Assembly: GCA_963760795.1 (NCBI GenBank)
Contig: CAVXEP010000030.1
Span: forward strand, 96,001 to 160,000
DNA from: an uncultured delta proteobacterium
GTDB taxonomy: Bacteria > Desulfobacterota > Binatia > UBA9968
DNA: 64,000 nt
Reading direction: 5' to 3'
Shown in pieces: positions 40,303 through 49,306 of the stretch. Position 1 is the first letter of the stretch; each line of letters opens with the position of its first letter. The position numbers were made by a program, and so were the translations under genes. The notes below the pieces were generated by a model, which did not search any database, was not told the DNA's origin, and worked only from the letters and a program-made list of their open reading frames with translations.

Positions 40303-42051
40303 TTACGGCTCTCGCGCCATTCTTCGTTTGCTGCGTTCTTCCGGTGTGCCCGGTATGTAGTATTTTTTCGACCAGCGCGATGTATCGTCCAATCGGAACG
40401 TCGTCATCGAGTTTTCCTGCTGTCTCCTGATGAAAAGCGCGCGTGCACGATAGTGTTCATAGAGGCGCATGAATTCGGCAAGATAGATTCCCGCAATGCG
40501 CCTGCTGCCACGAATTTCTAAAAGATTTTCGTCATTGCCGTACTGCGAAGCATTACTCATGTTCGCCGAACCGCTGTAGACCACCGGGCTATCGGTCTCG
40601 GCATCGATGACGATGAATTTGTGGTGAATGATCACGGGAGGAAACGGGGGCGGTCTTTCGCCGGGAAAAAGTTGCAACTCGGAAAAAAATCCCGTTGGCG
40701 TATGGCTCGGACTGAAAAAACGCCCATCGATCACATCGGGTTTGTCGCTATATTTGCGATGGTACAACTCCATTTGTGCCAGTTGCATCGCGTCCAGGTC
40801 GTCGTCTTCATCGAGATCGCCGGCGCTCTCGGCGATGAGATTCACCAGGCCGAACATCATCTTGCCGTTGTCGCCCACCGCGAAACACGCCTGACGCAGA
40901 ATCTCGTCCGTTGGCGTGAACAGGCAGAATAGAACCGAACTGCGAGCGCGGTGGATTGCTTCCACAACGCGGTTCAGCGAGAGCCTCGCATCTTGAGGCT
41001 CGGGCGAGAAGAAAACCGATACTCCGGCATCGCCAACCGTCACCGGGTCGAGCCATGCAGCGTGTTTGGCAGTTTTTCCAAGGGTCAGATCTTCCGTGAG
41101 GAGATGATAGCGCTCAAGGTATTGATCGGCGAGTTCCGGTGATTCGAATGTGTGAACCAAGTTCGCCTGGGACGTGAGTCCGCCTGTCGTATAATTCGCC
41201 GATCCGCATAGCAATTTGGCCGGACGCGACTGTCCCTCAAAAAGCCGCTCCCCGGAAACCAGAAACTTGTTGTGCATGATCTTGGTTTTGGTGCGCTTGG
41301 AAAATTCCACCGCCGGTAATTTGCCGACGGCTTTGGAATTCGGATTGGGTTTGCCGTCTTTCTTCATGGCCTGGCGGGCGGAACTTCCTTCATCGTAAAC
41401 GAGGCCCATCGCATGACCTGCGTCCGCATGTTTCTCCAATGTGGGTACAACCCAAAGATCGTCGGTTAGGTGATAAATCGCGCCGGCAACTTCTTTGGCC
41501 GAACTGAAAAAGTGACCGAACGCTGACTCCATCCCGTTTGACAGCCACGTACGAAGTTTTAGCGCATCTTCTGTCGAAGGCGTCTCGTTGGCGGCAATTC
41601 CCATTTCTTTAGTGATCTTCGTAAACGCCTGCGAACTGACGACAGCCCGGTTGAACCACACGCCGATTCCCCGTTCGACGTGACGGGGAATGACCACTTC
41701 GAGCTTGGTCGCGGCGGCGCTGACTGGCGTCAGGTTTGCGGGGGGCGTTCCTCTGACCGGGGTTATCGTGTATTCGTATTTCTTCCCCGGCTGCGGGTTA
41801 TCGATGCGGGCGTCCCACCACATGAACTTTTGAATCGGCGCTTTATCGGACGGCACATCCGCGCCGTCCGCGACGGGGCCGGAAAACGTCAATCGATTAG
41901 GGAGAAAACTGGAAGCTTCACTGCCGAAGCCTGGAGCGCGTTCGATTTGAAATCCCAAAAAATCCTGAAAGTCAGGTCCGTCGTCCCAATCAAACGCCAA
42001 TAGCACCAGTGTCGGCGACAGAAATGACCGTACGCGAACTTTCGTGGCCAT
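40303..42051 (-). CDS. Phospholipase D-like protein with N-terminal FN3-like domain
   Basis: LAFDW..FLGFQIER, APIQKFMWWD, YEYTITPV; IMHNKFLV..GSANYT and IIHHKFIVID..GSANMS; GGAGG RBS. Confidence 0.85.
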   Translation of the reverse strand: MATKVRVRSFLSPTLVLLAFDWDDGPDFQDFLGFQIERAPGFGSEASSFLPNRLTFSGPVADGADVPSDKAPIQKFMWWDARIDNPQPGKKYEYTITPVRGTPPANLTPVSAAATKLEVVIPRHVERGIGVWFNRAVVSSQAFTKITKEMGIAANETPSTEDALKLRTWLSNGMESAFGHFFSSAKEVAGAIYHLTDDLWVVPTLEKHADAGHAMGLVYDEGSSARQAMKKDGKPNPNSKAVGKLPAVEFSKRTKTKIMHNKFLVSGERLFEGQSRPAKLLCGSANYTTGGLTSQANLVHTFESPELADQYLERYHLLTEDLTLGKTAKHAAWLDPVTVGDAGVSVFFSPEPQDARLSLNRVVEAIHRARSSVLFCLFTPTDEILRQACFAVGDNGKMMFGLVNLIAESAGDLDEDDDLDAMQLAQMELYHRKYSDKPDVIDGRFFSPSHTPTGFFSELQLFPGERPPPFPPVIIHHKFIVIDAETDSPVVYSGSANMSNASQYGNDENLLEIRGSRRIAGIYLAEFMRLYEHYRARALFIRRQQENSMTTFRLDDTSRWSKKYYIPGTPEERSKRRMAREP

Positions 42052-42687
42052 GGAATTCCTCCTGGAATGTGGATGGTAGAAACCCGCCGTATCGATCCTT
42101 TGCGAAAAAGACACTGGGATGGTCAAATGCGCTATAGTTCAGCCAAACGCGTTTTGTCAAGTTACGTATTGGTGACCCAGATCGAATGCCGATTTGTCGC
42201 GCGCTATGCGTATGGACGAGTAATGATGGCGTTGAGCCAGTATTGGCTGACGTTAGGGCCATCGCCGTAAGTTCATGAAAATAGACTTTGCATATAAATA
42301 CCTATGTGATAGAACTAGCTAAAATCCCTCTTCCAGGATTCTTCAGGGACCTCAAAACTGGTGCAATTATTTGCACAGATGTCCTAAATTACAAATCATA
42401 TAAGACACATAGAGACCAGGCCAAAAGCCTCGGTGACCTGAATATCGAGATTGCCACTCTTAAGGCACTTCTAGTTTCTGTTATCGCAGGAATTGATGGA
42501 TATGGCGGAACAATAATAATGTGGTTAATTGTCATTAAACCGACAGGTGTCGCATGCTCGTCTAATTCTTTGTTAATCTCTGGTTTATCGGTGTCTTTTC
42601 CCTTAATGATTAGGAAAGACCCTTCATCGTCTACAGTAACTGAACTTCTGTATAATTCGAAAACTGCCTCAAAAAAAGAACGAGAGG

Positions 42688-43294
42688 ATGAGCCATGACC
42701 AGGATAAAGAGACGGAGTGCTCAATAGCAACCCTGCTCAAGGGGGCGGTTCTCGCCACGATCCCTAACCTGCTGTCCTTCGCCCGGATCGTCGGGGTAAC
42801 CTTAGCGGTTATTCTCTACTTGGGAGGACACGGTTGGGTGGCAGTGGCGATCGGCACCGTCGCCGGCCTGACCGACCACCTCGATGGCTACCTAGCGCGT
42901 CGGCTTAAGCAAGAGACTGCCCTCGGAGCCATGCTGGACCAGCTCGCTGACAGTTTCACAACGGCGATCCTGCTCGCCATGCTCGTCGTCACGGGCGGTA
43001 TCCCGTTCGCCTATCTGGTGATCTTCCTGTTAAGGGAGTTCTGGGTTGGCACCGTGAGGCGGTACGGCGCAACGGTGGGCATCGATATCCCGTCGATCGC
43101 GCTGGGCAAGATGGCGACCACGGTGATTTACTGCGGCCATTCTGACGGTGGCGATCATTATCCTGCCCGATATGCCCGCGCGGGTCGTGACACCGGTGCA
43201 CTGGACAGGACTTGTGGGCCTGGGCGTGGGTCTGGCCATCAGTTGCCTGACGGGCTGGCGCTATACAATAACTTTGGGGGGTAAGATGGTGTGA
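42688..43294 (+). CDS. CDP-alcohol phosphatidyltransferase (PgsA-like), frameshift near 43135
   Basis: IPNLLSFAR, TDHLDGYLARRLKQETALGAMLDQLAD, LRE, GKMAT; the corrected frame gives two more TM helices and a stop overlapping the next start. Confidence 0.85.
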
Positions 43295-44445
43295 AACCGA
43301 TATCCATAAATACTACACGGCGCCGCGCCGAAATTCTGCTCTGCCCAGGTCCTGTCATGCTATCCCCTGGCGTCAAGGCAGCACTTGCCGACTGCGAGAT
43401 AGGACACCGCGATAGCCGCTTCTCGCAGCTGGTTACGCGGGTGCGGTGCAATAGCCGCCACGTCTTCCGCTCTGGAGATGAGCACAGCATCCTTTTCATC
43501 GGCGGACCCGCGACGGCTGCAATTGAAGCGGTGTGTGCCTCGCTCGTGCCACCGGATGCCAGGGTGCTTGTCCCCGTCAACGGGTCATTCGGAGCCCGTA
43601 TCGCGGAGATCCTGAATGTTTACCAGATCCCCCACACAGTTATCGATTTCGGGTTCGGTAAGCCTTTCAATCTGGATCGCATCAAGGCGGTCATTGCGGA
43701 AGAGCGCCAGTGCGGGTTCACTGCGGTGGCGATGACCCACCATGAAACGTCAGCGGGCCTGCTCAACCCGGTGGCGGCCGTCGGTGCCCTGGCGCGGCAG
43801 CACGGCCTGAAACTGATCGTCGACGCCACGTCGAGCGCAGGCGTCGAGGACCTGGATGTAACCCGCGATGGGATCGACGCGTGCATCACGACCTCCGGAA
43901 AATGTCTGCATGCGGCGCCTGGGCTCAGCCTTGTCTGCGTGCGACGCGACCTGCTTGAAATGGCCAGGCTAATACGCCCGCGCAGTTATTCGGTGGACCT
44001 GCATCGTTACCATGACCAGATGGAATTCAATGGCCAGACGCCCTTCACAGCCTCTGTGCCCTTGTTCCTTGCGCTCGACCGCGCGCTTGAAGAACTTCTC
44101 GATCGGGGCATCGATGAACGACGACGCGTCTACTGGCGACGCCGCGAAATACTGGAGGCGGGAATGGTACGGCTGGGGTTACCTCTGTTGCCGTTGCCAC
44201 CGGGGAGTGAAGCCGCCTCGATTCTGACGGTCGGCGTTCCGGAAACACTCGGCTTCGACGCGCTTTACGCGGCCGTCAAGGATCGTGGCTACCTCATCTA
44301 TGCCTGCAAGCCGCCGCTGGCGCCGAACTACTTCCAAATCGCGGTCATGGGAGAATTGGCGGACGATGAGCTCCATGAATTTCTCGAGATTTTGCAGTCG
44401 TTGACGACCACAGTGCCGGCGCGTTACCTGCCTATGCTAGCTTAG
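43291..44445 (+). CDS. Class V PLP aminotransferase (2-aminoethylphosphonate/serine-pyruvate transaminase-like)
   Basis: LLCPGP, HHETSAGLLNP, IVDATSS, TSGKCL (PLP lysine), QTPFT. Confidence 0.88.
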   Translation: MKPISINTTRRRAEILLCPGPVMLSPGVKAALADCEIGHRDSRFSQLVTRVRCNSRHVFRSGDEHSILFIGGPATAAIEAVCASLVPPDARVLVPVNGSFGARIAEILNVYQIPHTVIDFGFGKPFNLDRIKAVIAEERQCGFTAVAMTHHETSAGLLNPVAAVGALARQHGLKLIVDATSSAGVEDLDVTRDGIDACITTSGKCLHAAPGLSLVCVRRDLLEMARLIRPRSYSVDLHRYHDQMEFNGQTPFTASVPLFLALDRALEELLDRGIDERRRVYWRRREILEAGMVRLGLPLLPLPPGSEAASILTVGVPETLGFDALYAAVKDRGYLIYACKPPLAPNYFQIAVMGELADDELHEFLEILQSLTTTVPARYLPMLA

Positions 44446-44462
44446 CCCGCGGGTGATCAAAA

Positions 44463-44960
44463 TTGACAGGAAAAGAAGCGTCGCCGGCCGTCAACACGTG
44501 GGTATTCCGCAACTGGCGCCATTTTCTCGCGTTCGGTCTCGGTAGCGGACTGGCCAGGTTTGCGCCGGGCACGTTCGCCACCCTCGTTGCAATCGCCTTC
44601 TATCTTCCCCTGAGCCAGCTGCCGCACTGGCTCTATGCAATCTGCGTGTTTTGCGCCTTTGCCTTTGGTGTCTGGCTTTGTCATAGCGTCGCGCATGACC
44701 TCGGTGTGCACGACCATGGCGGCATCGTGTGGGACGAGTTCGTCGGTTACTGGATCACGATGTTCCTAGTGCCCGTCAGCTGGGGCACGGTCCTGGCCGG
44801 CTTTGCGCTGTTTCGCCTGCTCGACATCTGGAAACCATGGCCGATTTGCTGGATCGACAAGCACGTGCTAGGCGGCTTCGGCATCATGCTGGATGATGTG
44901 ATTGCCGGCGCGGCTGCCTGTATTATCCTCCACTCCCTTCGCGCGGGCGCCGGTTTTTGA
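44463..44960 (+). CDS. pgpA: Phosphatidylglycerophosphatase A
   Basis: GLGSGLARFAPGTFAT, HDHGGIVWDEFVG, FRLLDIWKPWPI, GIMLDDVIAG. Confidence 0.93.
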   Translation: MTGKEASPAVNTWVFRNWRHFLAFGLGSGLARFAPGTFATLVAIAFYLPLSQLPHWLYAICVFCAFAFGVWLCHSVAHDLGVHDHGGIVWDEFVGYWITMFLVPVSWGTVLAGFALFRLLDIWKPWPICWIDKHVLGGFGIMLDDVIAGAAACIILHSLRAGAGF

Positions 44961-45404
44961 ACCATCGGCCATTGTCGTTCCCGAAATCAAGCCAACGTGC
45001 AGTTACTGCTGAACGGTGTGAGAAATGCGTACGTGACAGAGCCGAGTTTCCGTGTCTCGTATAGTGAACACATTGGTATCGGAACGCTATTCAAGTCTAC
45101 TATCAGCGATGGTGTCGACAAGGGGTTGTAACGACCGATGTTAGTCTGCGGCTCTGGCTGATTTTCTATAGGGAGCTGGCCACATGCATTAATCCATAAT
45201 AGACGAGTAGCAGATGATAAGGAGTTGGCGCGCGGGGTTATTCCGTGCGCTGAAGATTATGGTACACTACCCAGGTAGCCAGAGGCTGACTGCCATGAAA
45301 ATCGAGTACTTAAAAACACAGATAGTTACTGTAATGACCGTCGCATTGGCTGCGTTTTTATTATTGCTTGCTTTTAAATGGTTATGGCGGCCAGGTAGCA
45401 CACG

Positions 45405-46319
45405 TTGATGAGGCGTGTTTTCAACATAAGCATCAACTACACTGGAGGGCTACTTCTGCTTATGGTGCTGTTACCTTCTTGTGCAACAATGCAGCTTCAT
45501 TCAACACCACCCGTGCACTACGATCAGAATTCAAGCATTCCGGATCATGCTGACCAGCATTCCAATGAACATGGTCTCAGGGTCATGACACTGAACGTAG
45601 CCCACGGGCGAGGGACCAGTTTTCATCAATTGCTGCAGCATTCAGCCAAGATTGTGAAAAACCTAGATCGTATAAACGAACTAATGAACCAGGCAGCACC
45701 GGATATCGTTGCTTTTCAGGAGATCGATGCGCCTTCGTTCTGGAGTGGCAATTTCAACCACGTGGGATATCTTGCAAGTCGCAGCATGTTTACCCGTTCG
45801 ATTCAGGCGTCACACGTTAATGCGATGAGACTTTCCTATGGTACAGCACTGATATCACGACAGGAGATGTCGAATCCGCAGGCGGTTACATTTAACCCCT
45901 CACTTACACTGGTACCCACGGGTTTTGTGGTATCGACCATTAGTTGGCCGGGAAGGGACAGTATCGACATTGATGTAGTTTCTGTTCATCTGGATTTCAT
46001 GAGTGGTTGGGTCCGGAAAAAACAGGCAGACGAACTGATTGCAGTTTTACGTGCCAGAAACAATCACGTGATTATCATGGGCGACCTGAACTCAGGATGG
46101 CTCCCGCAGGACTCGGCAGCACAGTACCTGGTTGAGAAACTTGGGCTGAAGGCGTACCAGCCGGAAAACCGCAATCTGATCACTTTTCCCCTGCTTCGCA
46201 GACGCCTGGACTGGGTCCTGATATCGGCCGGTCTTGAGTTTTCTTCCTATGAAGTTATCGGAACCGATATTTCCGATCATCGTGGTGTACTTGCCGAGCT
46301 TACGCTTTCTGGCGGGTAA
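45405..46319 (+). CDS. Endonuclease/exonuclease/phosphatase family lipoprotein
   Basis: Lipobox LPSC; VMTLNVAHG, DIVAFQEID, VHLD, IMGDLN, LDWVL, SDHRGV. Confidence 0.88.
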   Translation: MMRRVFNISINYTGGLLLLMVLLPSCATMQLHSTPPVHYDQNSSIPDHADQHSNEHGLRVMTLNVAHGRGTSFHQLLQHSAKIVKNLDRINELMNQAAPDIVAFQEIDAPSFWSGNFNHVGYLASRSMFTRSIQASHVNAMRLSYGTALISRQEMSNPQAVTFNPSLTLVPTGFVVSTISWPGRDSIDIDVVSVHLDFMSGWVRKKQADELIAVLRARNNHVIIMGDLNSGWLPQDSAAQYLVEKLGLKAYQPENRNLITFPLLRRRLDWVLISAGLEFSSYEVIGTDISDHRGVLAELTLSGG

Positions 46320-46564
46320 ATAATGGTGGTGGAGTCGCCAGTGTATGGCGACATTTCGCTCTAATCGCCTCACTTGTGTGCTCGTATGATGCAAAAACCG
46401 GATTGACCGTCCTGTCGTGCAGGCGATCCAGTTCGGCCACCGCCTTGTTGGGCAGGTCGCGGCACAGTTTGTCCACCTGCAGGACAAGGCACTGTGTGTA
46501 GAGCGGGTTTTTTTGCCAGCCCGATACCACGCGACAGGGTCAGCTCACATAAAGAATCCAAATT

Positions 46565-47287
46565 TCACTGTTCAGAATAAAAGACAATCTTTTTAATAAA
46601 GGCGGCGGCGCCACCTTTTGTGTCGTCGGTGTTCATTTCAAACGCAAAGCCTGTGATGGGCGGCGTCTTTTCCTGTTTGAAAACGTCTTTAAATCGATTG
46701 TTGACTTCAAATTTGGTGACAATGGTTTGCCCCAAAGGCGCGCCATTGGATACACAAAAGTAGCGCCCCCCTTCCTGGTATAAAGCACCGAGGTACATTC
46801 TATTTACCTGTTCTTTCTCGCCGATGAACGCACTAAGGAAGTACGGAGCGGCCTTGATGCCAAAAGGCAAGCCGCTACTCAACTTCTTGTCGCCAAAACT
46901 GAAAATGACGCCAATCGGCACCCGTTTATTTCCTTGTGCCCAGTCTGCACCGATGGGAAAGCGGTTTACACCCCATTCAATAACAATATAATTTACGTCG
47001 CGAACGTAATTTGGCTTGGCAAACTTTAATCCGAACATGGCTGTCAAAGCTTCGTTCGTGCTGATGCGCAGCCCCTCATTCTCAAACTTCAAATGCAATT
47101 TCTTTGCATCGAGAAAATCATCGAATCCCTGCTTCTTAAGCCATGTGAATGCATCGATATTCTCTTTCTGGCCGAAATCCATGGTGTATAGAGCCTTGGG
47201 TTCGGCGCCCGCGGATAGTGTCTCACCCATGATTACGGCGATTCCAAGTATCGCAGCACATAGGCACTTCTTGGAATTTGTCTTCAC
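46565..47287 (-). CDS. Secreted hypothetical protein, possibly DUF3047-like
   Basis: Signal peptide; IEWGVNRFPIGADW; C-terminal ITGFAFEMNTDDTKGGA. Confidence 0.6.
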   Translation of the reverse strand: MKTNSKKCLCAAILGIAVIMGETLSAGAEPKALYTMDFGQKENIDAFTWLKKQGFDDFLDAKKLHLKFENEGLRISTNEALTAMFGLKFAKPNYVRDVNYIVIEWGVNRFPIGADWAQGNKRVPIGVIFSFGDKKLSSGLPFGIKAAPYFLSAFIGEKEQVNRMYLGALYQEGGRYFCVSNGAPLGQTIVTKFEVNNRFKDVFKQEKTPPITGFAFEMNTDDTKGGAAAFIKKIVFYSEQ

Positions 47288-47396
47288 GCCATCTGTCCCT
47301 TATCGGTTATTGGTCATGACAAGCACTGAAAAGTATATATCCCTTTGTATCTGCAAGGGAAGCTGCCGACAATTCACCTTACGTAAGCAATAAGGC

Positions 47397-48647
47397 TCAC
47401 AGGTTTTTCGGCTCAAAATAATCCACTTCGAAAACCCGGCGCGATTCAAACACCACCGGCATGAAGCGTTGCCCGCCGCTAACCAGACTCCGTTTGAGAA
47501 CAAAATCGAAGAGCAATGGATTGTAGGGCCGAATTTCAGAGAGGACTTGCGCTTGAGCGTCCGTGATAAACTGTTGTCTGACGAATCGACGCAATGAAAA
47601 CAAAGGCATCACTCCTGGCAACGGATAGTCCGATCCATTGATCAACCGCGGATGCCACTCCACGCGCCTGATAAGGGTCGTAAGAATCGATTCTGCGCGG
47701 TTAGCCTGCGTGACCGCCGAGATATCACCAAATAATCTTCCCTCATAGCGCGCTTCATCCATCAGACGCTGGAAGAGATCAAAGCTTGCCAGACTCGGTC
47801 CGTCAGGTCCGCGATCGATGTCGATGTGTTCACCTAGCGAGCCGCAGTGCGCAACGATGACGCGCACCCCCTGATCCAGAGGGCGGCGGAGCCTCAGGGG
47901 ATTATTGAACGCCCACAGCGAACCGCCATACACCGCCTTCTCCTCTCCTGCATGAGTCAGCAACGGCAGGTTCCATCGCACGAGAGCCTCATAAAAGCTA
48001 TCGCATTTGGGCGACCCCGGGTCCATGCCCATGGCAGAAGGCAGCCACTTTACGGCGCGGGCGCCGTGTTTAACGCTCCAATCGAGCTCATCGATAGCAT
48101 CGGCCCGATAAGGATGAATTGAACAGATCCATTCGAGCCGATTCGGAAACCGTTGGGCGAGTTCGGCTGCATAGCGGTTTGGAACAAAGAATGCGCTCAG
48201 GTCCTCGCGGCGCGCGCCATCCTGGTCGTAATGAAAGTCGAAGGCGAGCACCATCGCTTTGGCGCCCTGTGGAAAATCACCCAGGCAGCTCAAGAGACGG
48301 TGGACGAAATCTTCGTCAACCTTCCCCTCCCGCTCCGTGCAAGAGGCGTTCAGATAAAAACGGCGCTGGAGACTTTGCCAGGGATGGAGCAGGCTTTCCA
48401 TTTGCGGCGTGATCCATACGCCTGTGCCGCCGTCACCCACCCCAGCCAGATGTACATGACAATCCCAAAATTTCGCCGGGTCTATTCCCACCCACGAGCC
48501 GGCGACGAGATCGTTATCGAGCAGTTGCTTCGGTACCGGACCCGGAAGGCAGGGATTAAATACCCCGTCCTCCAGAGAAAAGCCACATCCGGCGGCGATG
48601 CCGAGGGCGCCGGCACCCAGAGTGCGAAGGAATAACCGGCGATTCAT
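47397..48647 (-). CDS. Amidohydrolase family protein with Tat-lipoprotein signal
   Basis: MNRRLFL, IAAGC; WDCHVH, SIHPYR, HAGEE, IVAHCG, NGSDYP. Confidence 0.88.
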   Translation of the reverse strand: MNRRLFLRTLGAGALGIAAGCGFSLEDGVFNPCLPGPVPKQLLDNDLVAGSWVGIDPAKFWDCHVHLAGVGDGGTGVWITPQMESLLHPWQSLQRRFYLNASCTEREGKVDEDFVHRLLSCLGDFPQGAKAMVLAFDFHYDQDGARREDLSAFFVPNRYAAELAQRFPNRLEWICSIHPYRADAIDELDWSVKHGARAVKWLPSAMGMDPGSPKCDSFYEALVRWNLPLLTHAGEEKAVYGGSLWAFNNPLRLRRPLDQGVRVIVAHCGSLGEHIDIDRGPDGPSLASFDLFQRLMDEARYEGRLFGDISAVTQANRAESILTTLIRRVEWHPRLINGSDYPLPGVMPLFSLRRFVRQQFITDAQAQVLSEIRPYNPLLFDFVLKRSLVSGGQRFMPVVFESRRVFEVDYFEPKNL

Positions 48648-49306
48648 CGGTCAAATGGCGTCATAGTCCGGGATCTTCGCTGGCTATAGATGATCACTGT
48701 TTTCGCCATTCTATCTTTTACCTCCGCGTTTAGAATTAAATTCAATGTTAACACGTTGCGATAAAACGGATGAACTAGCAGCGCGCTGCCCGCGATGAAG
48801 CATTCTCTGTATGGCTGCATCACTGTAATTTGTTCTTGCCCACTTCTATCAGAATGTGGGTGAGGTCGTCCACGAGTTCTCGAGCCTGTACCGGTCCGAC
48901 TGACGGAAGCGCTTGTGGTTTTGGCTTCGTCGGCGCGGCCCTACGCGGCTTTACTTTGGATCGAGTTTCAGGCAAGCCCTAAAGGGCAGAAGATAGTGGA
49001 TGATCTTCATCCGATGGGGCATCGGCATTTATACCGGGCTCCGCTCAGGAAAAACTAATTCGCGGCAAGCGCACCTCGGTCGTGCAGTGGGACCACTTTA
49101 TGCAATTGGGAGACTAGCAGGCAAAGATCGTCGAAGCGTATGGCTTCCCGAAAGAGGTGAAATAATAGTAACCCGGGGGTTAGAGTTTTGGTTTTCGAAC
49201 AGGTTCAAAAAGCGAGGGCGTTTTCTGATTTGGTCGTAATCTAAAATTGATTGGGTGAAGCCTACCGGACCAATTTTACCGGCGAACATCTATAATCAAC
49301 TTTGAT

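Noticed and set aside
42688-43284. Unusual hydrophilic C-terminus on the CDP-alcohol transferase
   Set aside because: A shifted frame after about 43135 restores the expected transmembrane helices and the stop/start overlap.
34554-44445. comDE-like decarboxylase plus class V aminotransferase as one phosphonate biosynthetic cluster
   Set aside because: They are about 8 kb apart on opposite strands with unrelated genes between, and no PEP mutase is in the window.
45214-45408. Small hydrophobic ORF overlapping the EEP start as a type I toxin
   Set aside because: The start is uncertain and there is no antisense RNA or homology evidence; it may be a real small membrane peptide but cannot be supported.
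46300-46561. Short minus-strand ORFs between EEP and the secreted protein
   Set aside because: Possibly a gene fragment, but I recognise no family and see no RBS.
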